DNA of 64,000 nt from Eledone cirrhosa (taxonomy: Eukaryota): NCBI GenBank assembly GCA_964016885.1, contig OZ024764.1:20832001-20896000 (forward strand). Direction: 5' to 3'. Positions 11,913-23,999 of this stretch are shown here, in pieces. Under the pieces are notes generated by a model. That model was not told the DNA's origin. It saw only the letters and a program-made list of their open reading frames with translations, and did no database searches. How positions within the stretch are numbered: the stretch's first letter is position 1; each line of letters opens with the position of its first letter. The position numbers and the translations under genes were made by a program.

Positions 11913-12702
11913 AATACCAGAGGACATTGGCATTAAAGAGCACGTTACATCAGCCATATCCTCAACATTAACCATTTCTAATGAAAGACACTACCCATCA
12001 TTTTCAAATAATTTTGAAAACACTCAACACTTTGAAGGGATTTAATAATATAACTAAATTTCTCAGTATTAAGCTGCTATTTGGAACATAACTTTGCACA
12101 ATCTCATGAAGTTACAATGGAAAGTTTTTAGATAAATATAAAGACTGGTATGATAAATATAAAGACTGGTATGAAAAGGATAAAACACTTTTATATCAGT
12201 TGTTTCATCAACACTATTATTTAAAGATTAAAGGAAGCTGTTATACAGAACAGATACAACCTTGTTTATATAAATCTATGGGAGAAATACCTTCTATTCT
12301 TTGCTGTCTGGAATATGTAGAAGATACAAAATAAAGCTGAAGAAATTTACACATGAATTTGTAAGATCTTCATATATTGACAAAGATGATAGTAGATGGA
12401 ACTACAGGAGTAGAAATATTTCCATTATTACAGGAATAACTAATCAAATGAAAACTAGAAAAATTAGATTCTTCACTGTCTGGAATATGTACAAGATGAT
12501 TTTATATGTATATTAAACTTGAAGACATCAACAAAACAGTTTGTATCATCTTTAAATATAAAGAAAGACCAAGTTGATGGAAATATATCTGGAGGAATAT
12601 GTTTTAGGAATAATATTATAAACATAAAGAAGAAAAATATCCATATATTGCGAGGAGAAAAATATTAAAACTGTGAATTATGTGAGAAACTGAGGTGATT
12701 GA

Positions 12703-13998
<1,296 letters not shown>

Positions 13999-14267
13999 CT
14001 GTATCAATATCAAACTCATTACATCATACTACAACAACAACAACAATTGTGTAGATCCATCATCCTTGCTAAAACTGGGGATAACCTTGTAGGTTTTACC
14101 TATGACAGAGATCATAAACACCAGGTTTCCATTTTTGAAGCAGTGTTTGAAGATTTTGTGTAAATTAAAGTTTTTCACATTAAACTTTGATTTATTATAC
14201 TTTAACAGGTAAGATATATATTTGTATTTTTAGTAAAGGTTGGGAACTTCTGTAATTTAAACATGCC

Positions 14268-14273
14268 AATAAA
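14268..14273 (+). terminator. Putative polyadenylation signal of ZNF-1 (paralogs ~32042, ~52373)
   Basis: AATAAA ~270 nt after the stop, followed by a GT/T-rich tract (ttttgttgttg). Confidence 0.55.
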
Positions 14274-14478
14274 ATGAAAACTTTTGTTGTTGCTAGTCAG
14301 ACATTGATATTAATTCTATTGTCCTGTACATTGTCTCACATATCACAGATTAAACAGATTTTAACAATAACAACAGAAATCAATAATTTGTAAGCCCAAT
14401 ATCTAGCTTCCATTTTAACTATTTGATATTGTTGTTCCCCTCCTGTCTCTTCAGGTCTTTTAGATTTCAACTTCTATC

Positions 14479-14583
14479 ATCATCATCATCATCATCATCA
14501 TCACCGTTTTACGTCCGTTCTTCCACGCTAGCATTGGCCAGAGGTCACGGTTGTAATACAGAGGTGTAATTGGGTACGGTCGG
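14479..14583 (-). mobile_element. 105-bp RTE-derived insertion with an 8-bp TSD
   Basis: TSD CTTCTATC at 14471-14478 and 14584-14591. (CAT)n tail. Absent at the paralogous sites ~32246 and ~52576. Confidence 0.8.
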
Positions 14584-14981
14584 CTTCTATCTACTGTTCT
14601 ATTCCATCACCAAGGCAACATTCATCTAGCTGGCAGCTTACATCAACTACAGATCTTATCAGTGGTTCACAACAGGCTGTCTGAAAGAAACTTTCAGATA
14701 TCTTCTATGTCATAGCTATCAATCTCCTCCTCCTTATCATATGTATCATGTAGAACATCTCTGAATTTATATTTAAGAGGGAGATCTTTTACTGTCCCTA
14801 CCCTTTTGTTAGATTGTCTTGTACCTCTCTCACAGTCCCTCTAGATCTTATATTTAACAGGGAGATCTTTTACTGTCCTTACCCCTTTTGTTAGATTGTC
14901 TTGTACCTCTCTCACAGTCCCTCTAGATCTTATATTTAACAGGGAGATCTTTTACTATCCCTACCCTTTATTTAGGTTGTC

Positions 14982-16029
14982 TTACATGTGGCCGGTGCTC
15001 TGGTGCAATAAGTAGCAGTAAGTGCCCACGAAATACTAGCTCTTTCAACTGCGCAGAGGGTTCTATAGAAATAGTGGACAGCTTCCGTTACCTGGGTGAC
15101 AAAATCAGCAGTGGGGGAGGGTGCTCCGAAAGTACAGTAGCTAGAGTCAGAACTGGATGGAAAAAGTTCAGAGAGCTTATACCACTATTAGCCGCTAAAG
15201 GGTTCTCCCTAAAAATGAAAGGCAGGTTGTATGATGCCTGCATACGAACAGCAGTGTTGCATGGCAGTGAGACCTGGGCATTGTGTGCAGAGGATATACG
15301 CAGACTAGAGAGGAACGAAGCTTGCATGCTCCGCTGGATGTGTAATAGTAATATACGCGAACGGCAAAGCATAAACGAACTAAGGAAAAAATTAGAAATA
15401 AGAGGGATCAGATGTTGTTTACTCGAGAGAAGGCTACGTTGGTATGGTCACGTGATGCGCATGAAAGACGACAGCTGTATAGCCAAGTGCAGGGCAATAA
15501 AGATAGACGGTAGCCACGGAGTAGGCAGACCCAGAAAAACCTGGGACGAGCTGATAAATTCCGACCTCACACACTTACACCTCTCCAAGACAATGAGACA
15601 ATGTCACTGGACTGAGAGCTTTGGCGGTACTCAGTAATAGAGAAGACCCGCCTTACCTAAATACAAAGTAAAACCTACTACAGTCAGTAGGCATCTCTAA
15701 CAAAATACACCCCCACCCCATCCACACCGCCCCTTTCAATGTAAAGTTATGTTGGTGCCACAAAATCCAGGCCGAAACGAATGAGATCGTGTAGGTCTCA
15801 CGACAAAAAAAAACACAGTCCACGCTGTAATATGACCGTGTAGGCAACACGGTAAAAACCTCCCAGCCCCACACTGTAAATGTGGTTGGTGTTAGGAAGG
15901 GCATCCAACTGTAGAAAACCCGCCAGACAGTCCTATGCGAGCAAGACAACCACTCTTGCCTCAAGTGGGAAAACTCCCGTCCAAACCCATGCAAGCATGG
16001 AACATGGACGTTAAACGATGATGATGATG
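14982..16029 (+). mobile_element. 5'-truncated RTE LINE inserted in the 82-bp minisatellite
   Basis: Near-identical to 37351-38404. (GAT)n tail. Probable TSD TGTCTT (14978-14983, 16028-16033). Confidence 0.92.
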
Positions 16030-16592
16030 TCTTGTACCTCTCCCACAGTCCCTCTAGATCTTATATTTAACAGGGTGATATTTTACTGTCTCTACCCATT
16101 TCTCAAGGTTGTCTTGAGCCTCTCTCACAGTACCTGTAGATTTTATATTAAACGGAGATGTTTTACTGTCCCTACCCTTTTCTCTAGGTTGTCTTGTACC
16201 TCTCACAGTCCCTGTAGATCTTATATTTAACAGGGAGATCTTTTACTCTCCAACCCTTCTATCTCCAGATAGTCTTGTATCTGTCAGTCCCTCTAGATCT
16301 TACACCTAGTATCTAGTCTATATTGAGTGGTATGTCCTTCTCCAGTAAAGGAGTTAATATTCCCAACCATCTGTCTATCCTGTTTTCTGATGAGAATGAA
16401 GTCAATCTAGTTTATCTCTTCACCTGATTGAAGTAACTAGATCAAGTAACTAGATGTTTTCCTCTAAGTTAGTGTTGCAGTGTTTGTGTCACCATGTAAG
16501 GTTTATATCTATTAATATAGAGATGTAGTAAAGTTTTCACTGTTGTATCTCTACTTTCTAAATATCTTAATAATGTTTCTCTACTATTTCAG

Positions 16593-16959
16593 AATATCAC
16601 ATGACCTTGACAGAAAAGAGTCTTTTAAAGACAACAGAAAGATGTTACATACAAGTGATATAAACTTGTTTAGTCTGTGGTGAATTATGGTGAAATATTT
16701 CTTCTGAATTGAGATAAATAACAACATTTTCCTTTTTCACTGTTTGGAATATTTACAAGATGATTTTACATTCTGATTAAACTTTGGATATTTACAAAGG
16801 AGTTTTCAAAATATTGGATATTGACAAAGATCACATTTGGTAAAATTATGAACAATAGAAATATTTACATCAACATAGGAATAATTTCCAGAAGAGATGG
16901 GAAAATCATTATACCACTGTAATATTTGTGGTAAAGTATTCTCTCTTCTTTATATGTAG
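16593..16959 (+). pseudogene. Relic of a diverged ZNF terminal exon (copies ~33699-34066, ~53457-53817, partial 55678-55852)
   Basis: Acceptor ctactatttcAG|aatatc parallels the real acceptor. Shares UTR blocks with the ZNF exon (cactgt.tggaatat.tacaagatgatttta; atattgacaaagat). Ends in a half finger, MGKSLYHCNICGKVFS. Confidence 0.7.
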
Positions 16960-17087
16960 AACATCTAACTAAACACTTTAATTAACAAACTATTGTGCTA
17001 TAGAATTGACAAACTTGAGGAATGTTTAATAAATGTTACAGATTTCTCCAAACTGTCGTTTACTAACTTTAATTTGAAGCTATATTA

Positions 17088-17450
17088 TCTATATACTACT
17101 AAAACTCTGTGATTGTGTCTTGTCCGTAATTTAATACAGCTAAAACAGTGCATAATGGGGAAATACTTTGAAAAGAATAAAACAAGTTTTGTATAAAATG
17201 GAGCACAGGTTCCCAAGATACGGGGTTTTCTGGGTACCTTGATAAATATAGGGAGAGAAAGAGATAGTGGTTGTGAGAGAGAGGGAGCTGGTGGTGTTGT
17301 TTAATAAAATATGTGTGTGTATATATATATACGTATGTGTATATATATATATACGTATGTGTATATTTTAACTAATTAAAAACTATTTTAAAATGACTTT
17401 TAAAAAATAGTTTTAAGGGAACGTGACCCAACAGGTCCCGGGTGGTCTAG
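17088..17450 (+). mobile_element. Non-autonomous Helitron (copies 34195-38869 interrupted by RTE, 53946-54306, 3'-deleted from 55982)
   Basis: A|TCTATATACTACTAAA 5' end, subterminal GC hairpin and CTAG|T 3' end. No TSD. Internal GA and TA microsatellites. Confidence 0.7.
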
Positions 17451-17979
17451 TTTGTTACTAAATACTAGATATTAGAGGGTCATGTTGTTCTAGATGTGCT
17501 GGAAGAGCCATTCCATCTTGTGAGGTTCACACCAGCAGCTAGCCACCTCAGCACCTATGGTGGTATATTTATTATATTATTTATTCTTTATCATTAACAT
17601 TAATATAATAGATAATTATATATTTTTAGAGAAGAACCTCTAATTTTATATAGCTTAGGGCTTCAGTAGGTAAAAGTCTGCCCCTGCTTGTCTTGTATTT
17701 TTTAGGGGAGAAGTTAGGGAATACGGTTATTGTGTGAAAGTTTTCTAAATCTTCTTCAGCCACTAACATGGAGAAGATATTTCAGTAAGAAGGTTCACAT
17801 CCTGACATCTATAGCTGTTAACAATGAGATTGGAATTCATTATTAAACAAATGTTATATCATCATCACTGTTTTACATCAGTTTTTCCTTCCTGGCATGG
17901 GTTAGACGAGTTATCCTGTTGTAAGCAATGCCAGGTCTGATGACCACGTGTTGCTCCTACAGAACAAATTTTGGATTGC

Positions 17980-18890
17980 TTTTTGTCGTGACACCTATAT
18001 GACCACTTTACAGTGTGGACTGGGTGCTTTTTGTTGTGACACCTACATGACCACTTTACAGTGTGGACTGGGTGCTTTTTAACATCTCACCATGATGACC
18101 ACTTTACATTGACTTCTGGGTGCTTTTTGTTGTGACACCTACATGACCACTTTACAGTGTGGTCTGGGCACTTTTTGTCGTAACACCTGCATGACCACTT
18201 TACAGTGTGGACTGGGTGCTTTTTGTTGTGACACCTACATGACCACTTTACAGTGTGGACTGGGTGCTTTTTGTTGTGACACCTACATGACCACTTTACA
18301 GTGTGGACTGGGTGCTTTTTGTTGTGACACCTACATGACCACTTTACAGTGTGGACTGGGTGCTTTTTGTTGTGACACCTACATGACCACTTTACAGTGT
18401 GGACTGGGTGCTTTTTGTTGTGACACCTACATGACCACTTTACAGTGTGGACTGGGTGCTTTTTGTTGTGACACCTACATGACCACTTTACAGTGTGGAC
18501 TGGGTGCTTTTTGTTGTGACACCTACATGACCACTTTACAGTGTGGACTGGGTGCTTTTTGTTGTGACACCTACATGACCACTTTACAGTGTGGACTGCG
18601 CACTTTTTGTCGTAACACCTGCATGACCACTTTATAGTGTGGTCTGGGTACTTTTTGTCGTGACACCTACATGACCACTTTACCATGTGGACTGGGTACT
18701 TTTTGTCGTGACACATACATACATACATACACACACATATACATACATTTATAATATAACCATACATGACCACTTTACAGTGTGGTCTGGGTACTTTTTG
18801 TTGTGACACCTACATGATCACTTTACAGTGTGGACTGGGTACTTTTTGTTGTGACACCTACACAACCTCTTTACAGTGTTGGCAGTGAAA
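17980..18890. repeat. 48-bp minisatellite, ~18 copies with a homogeneous core (other arrays ~39445-39940, 54905-55575, 56550-56730)
   Basis: Period 48 (18143 to 18191 and onward). Accounts for the spurious CRCHNKKHPVHTVKWS ORFs. Confidence 0.95.
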
Positions 18891-19005
18891 TATCTAATGC
18901 ACCAGCTTCAGTAATCATAAGATCGCTGTTTTCTATATTATAATTTTATAATATACATATAAACACACATGCAAACACACATATATATATACAGTATATA
19001 TATAT

Positions 19006-20930
19006 ACGAGTGTCCCAAGTAAAGAGTTTTTCGAGATACGAGCCGTCCCTCGGCTGATTTTTTGCGTTGAGTTCCAGTTCTAGTTGGCATAGCGACCGCC
19101 ACAGGGAATACCATAACACCCGTCCAGCATCCCATGGGTTCGAAGAAAGTGAGGGCGAAGGACAGTGCTGAGAAGAAGAAGCAGATGATGTGGATTGAAT
19201 TAAAGAAAGAAATTATAGAAAAACATGTCCAAGGTGTGTGTGTAATGGACTTGATAAAGGCTATAACCCCAGCTAAGGGTGGTAAAATAATTTCTAAACA
19301 GCGGACCTCTATCCATGAAAATATGGAGAAGCAGCTTGCAAGAGATACCGTGATGAAGATTATAATATGTGAGAAGGCACGAACTATTTACGCTGATTTG
19401 CTGCAGCAGACCCCAGGTACTTCTACGGACGAGCCATCGGCAAGCCCTTTAATGCCAGTTGGGGTTGGTTTGAGAATTTTAAAAAGAGGACCGGGATTCA
19501 CTCAGTTGTCAGGCATGGTGAGGCAGCGAGCGCGGATATGAAGGCAGCTGAGGATTACCTCAAAACCTTTCCCTGAATTATAGCAGCCAAAGGATACATC
19601 CCTCAGCAAGTCTTTAACTGTGATGAAACAGGACTTTTTTGGAAGAAGATGCCAAGGAGGACTTATATAACGGCAGAGGAGAAGAGGATGCCTGGCCACA
19701 AACCCATGAAGGATAGGCTAACCCTCGCACTGTGTGCCACTGTGAGCGGTGACTGTAAGATTAAGTTGCCGCTCGTTTATCATTCGGAAAACTTTAAGTC
19801 ACATAAGATTCTGAAAGAAAAACTGCAGGTTATGTGGAGGGCAAACCCGAGGTCATGGGTCACCAGGTAGTTCGTTGTGGAGTGGGTGAATTTGGTCTTT
19901 GGTCCTGACATTAAAAAATATCCCCATGAAAATAACCTACCCCTGTAAACCCTTCTTGTTCTGGACAATACACCTGCTCACCCACCTAACCTCGAAGAGT
20001 TCAAGTTTATAAAGGTCCTCTACCTTCCACCAAACACCACCCCTAACCTACAGCCCAAGGACCAGCGGGTACTTTCTAATTTCAAGAAGCTCTTCACCAA
20101 GCACCTGTTCAGTCGCTGCTTTGAAGTGACGGAGAGCACAAACTTCACCCTTGAGAGGTCTGGAAGGACCATTATAACATCGTGATATGCCTCAGAATTA
20201 TCGATATGACCTGGCAGGGTCATACAAAGAGGACCTTGACCTCTACATGGAAGAAGCTGTGGCCTGAAGTTGTGTCTAAAACAGACTTTGAAAGACTGGA
20301 ACCCGAAGCGGCAGTGGTGGCGGAGATTGTACCCCTCGGTAAGTCCATGGGCCTGGACATGGATGAAGGTGACATCAACGAGCTCATCGAGGAGCACCCC
20401 GAGGAAATGACAACGAAGGAATTAAAGGAGCTACAGACACAGCAACACACGGAGTTTTTGCAGGAAATAGGTGACACAGAGGAGGTTATCTCAACAAGTG
20501 AGATGAAACAAACCTCATTAGACAGGTTTTTATCGAAAATCCCTGCAGATAAAAGTGAGGAACGCGTGGCGAAAAGGGCAAAAATCAGCGAATAAGATCC
20601 AGTTATTCAGTTCATCCTTTCTCCTTCGTCAACATCCTCAAGTCGTCTGATCTCCAAGATAGATGCTGTACATTATACTTAATAAAACCAGTTTATTGTA
20701 GTACATTCTATTGTATTGTTTTTTATATACAATATTTGTTATTTATAAGTACATTTTTCTTATTTAAAAACACGTAACAAAACAAACTGTGGTTTGGGGG
20801 GGGGGGGGTCTGGAACGGATTAACGGCATTTTAATTTATTTCAGTGGGGAAAATTGATTTGACATACGAGTAATTTAAGTTACGAGGTCCTCCACGGAAC
20901 AAATTAAACTCATAAGTCAAGGTACAACAG
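19006..20930 (+). mobile_element. Tigger/pogo DNA transposon, decayed, left TIR lost
   Basis: HTH-like IELKKEIIEKH. DDE-region motifs VFNCDETGLFWKKMPRRTY, KDRLTLALC, LPPNTT..LQP. Right TIR ...gtcaaggtacaacag. Confidence 0.92.
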
Positions 20931-22734
20931 TGTGTGTGTATATATATATATATATGAAGAAACGATCGACTTTCGTCAAATCGGACCGAGGAAGCAATGT
21001 TTCCATTGGTCTTTCCAATTGCTAGTACTATCGGTCGCAACTCCAGGTAGAAGGAACAACGTGAAATAAAGTGTCTTGCTCAAGGTCATAACGCATCGCC
21101 TGGTCCAGGAATCGAACTCACAACCTCAAGATATATATATATAAATGAAGAATATAGAAATTATTGTAGCAAAAAGCCAACAGTATTCCATTTCATTTCA
21201 TTTCATTTGAGTTTGAGTCCATGCTCAGGCCAAGTCGAAGACTCCACCCTCAATCGAAGACTCCACCCATTATATATATATATATATATAGTATAAAAGA
21301 GAAAACACAGGTAAGCATTAAGAGAAGGATTTTATCCAGGTATTTACGACCGTTTCATTGGTAAGTGCAACCTTATATTTCTATCCTGCAAATAGCAGCC
21401 ACTCAATTATAATTGTTGTTCACAGTCCAAATTTTCAAAATAGTAAGTTACTCTTGAAATAATTCTTAATATATAGAGAAAAACATTTATTTGGAATTGT
21501 ATTTACTAGTATAGAGAGAGAGGAATCAGAAGGTGAGGGGACAGACGGAATAGTATAGGGAGAGAGGAAGAGGTAGGAAGTAGAGTGACAAACTGAGATG
21601 GAGGGAGGGGTAGAGGTGGCAGGATTCTTTGGTCAGTTTTGATAGCAGACTTCATGTCGTGGAATGTAGTGAGTTAAAGAGAATTAAATTGATCATTTTT
21701 GGAGGGATGGATATATATATATATAGTTAAATATTAGACAGGAACAAAAAACAGGCAGTGCAAATGGTAGTTTATACCGAGAGAGAGACAGACAAACACA
21801 TCTATACCCCTACTACAGTAAAACATAAAACATATGTAAGGGGAGACAACTCTCGTTACATCCCCCCTTCTTTTTGATATACGCACTTTAAATACTTTGT
21901 ACCATGGAATCTGCTTTATTTTGTGTCCTAAGTAGATTTCTGTTTAAGTATTTACGAGATTCACAATGATTCACGTAACCAAGTTACTTACATAGAGACA
22001 TATTTCACATAGAATCAAAACAAATGAAAATATTAAGTCAACACTCTGTCAATCAGTCTCACATCACATGGGGTGCCGGAGTCTCCTTCTAATACTTTCT
22101 GAGACAGTCTTACCTCGAGTGATAGCAAGGCTAAGATGTTGGAACTACCAAACACCCTCATATGTATCACCTGACACCTCGGTAAGGAGAGCTGCCAACG
22201 ATAACAAGAACCTCGTTGTCAGGGACCTATCTCCTCCAAACTTCTCCAACACCACAGACTAGAATATTCTACTCTTTATTCCCTATCAAATATATTTCAG
22301 TCTAGTCATTTATCTTGTATGTTGTATATATATTTTCAAAACTAACTGTCACATTTGTGGGACCCCATTTAGTGATGTTTTCGTCTCCCTCCCACATCCT
22401 ACATGCTGTAGTAAAAGTGAGGGTCACTGCTTCTGTAGACGAACGAAATAAAAGCTAAACTACCAGTAACTATCGGCAAAGTATTTATTCCAGTCTGTGA
22501 TGTTTGAGAAGCTGTTGTCACTGTTGGCGGCTGGCTTTACCGAAGTACCGATGACTCTTGTGAGGGTACTTAGCTGTTCTGTCGGTTTAGCCTCCATATG
22601 ACCCGATCTTACCGAAGTACCCGGTGATTTCTGTCAGAGTACTTAGCTGTTCTATTTTAATTACATTTACTGTTTTCAACGTTATTTTTTTTTTATTACA
22701 AACTTTACATAATTTAATTCGGTAAAAATATTTT

Positions 22735-22878
22735 TACGTCACAAAAAAACTTGACCTTTGACATTGAAGCATGCGCAGTGGTGCAGTTGTCGACTTCCTG
22801 TCCACGTGTTAGTCTTCCTAAAACAACATTTAGACAACATTTCTGTAAATACTAAACACCTGAGACTATAATGTAAGT
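22735..22878 (+). promoter_or_regulatory. Putative promoter and non-coding first exon of ZNF-2
   Basis: Near-identical paralog of 6378-6522 with all motifs retained. Donor GTAAGT at 22873. Confidence 0.6.
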
Positions 22879-23999
22879 ATTATGTCTATTAATATTGTAG
22901 ATTTAAGCTCACTTTTCACATCACAAATATATATTTTCTTGTTTGTTTCATTACTGGAAATATAAAATGTTATCGTAATTATCTATATTTTACCTACCTC
23001 TAATTAATTAAAGTGAAAACTTTTGTTGTTGCTGAAAAATAAATTAACAAAACTAAATATTTAAATATTCTAAAGGTCGTTTTTATATTATGTGATGATA
23101 TAATTAATATATTTTATTACAATTGTATAAATTTACAGTAGAATAACGTTGTAAATATGTTTTAAATATATACATAAATAACATAAGTGTGTAAATAACA
23201 TTATAAATTGCTGGCAATTCCTTGAGAAAGACATTACAAATATATTGTCTAAACTGTGTATAATAATATAATTTATTGAACAATAATGATAAAGGAAAGA
23301 AAAACACAGTGGGAGATGGCAATTCACCACCAAACGAGGTAAACATTTTCAACTTACCCCTTTTTTTGCTTTGTCCGAGACAACTCAAAATATTCTTCAA
23401 GGAACTGGATTTTCCATTCGGTTGGATCGAACGGATTTTACCATTTATAATCTACGGAGAGGAATAACAGATGTTCGGAGGAAAAAAGAATTGTTTGTGG
23501 CAACAACGTAGGGAACCAACCTGGAGCAATTGTATCACACAATTATACTTTCCTCCTTAACATACACTTACAATTTTTCAAAATCAAACCCCCCAAATAT
23601 AAAATATAAATAATTATAAATGGCGAGGAACCATCCCATCTCCCTCTTGAAATAACCTGAATCTATTTATAGTCAGGTGTGACTGAAAGGTCAATCCATA
23701 CTTCCATTCTATTTCACAGAATTAGAAGCTTTGACCACTTGATAGAATTCAGGTCCAGTAATGTAATCACTCCGTAATTGTAAACATCTTGTATCACTAT
23801 CATTCAGGTTTTGATTTTACTCAAGTCTTGCCCATGTTTTTTTTTTTTTACACAAACTCACAATTTCGGTTTTTACTGCGGATTTACCCATGCGAACTAT
23901 TACACAAACTCACAGCCTTAGATTTTGTATTTCTAGCGTTTTTATTTTCCTTCTCTTTGCATGTTCAGTGCTCTTTCTCTCCCACTATTTACCTCTCAC

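Noticed and set aside
11773-12516. Upstream ORFs as an N-terminal effector domain of the ZNF proteins
   Set aside because: Short, separated from the CDS by stops, one spans the putative acceptor, and no recognisable domain. Conservation reflects recent duplication.
18087-18809. Cys/His-rich repetitive ORF (CRCHNKKHPVHTVKWS)n as a metal-binding protein
   Set aside because: Both strands are open because the 48-bp unit is a multiple of three. The unit derives from an RTE 3' UTR and copy number varies among paralogs.
21290-21720. Penelope element or hammerhead ribozyme near tttacgaccgtttc
   Set aside because: GAAAC is present on the minus strand, but I found no CTGANGA core and no GIY-YIG or RT motifs.
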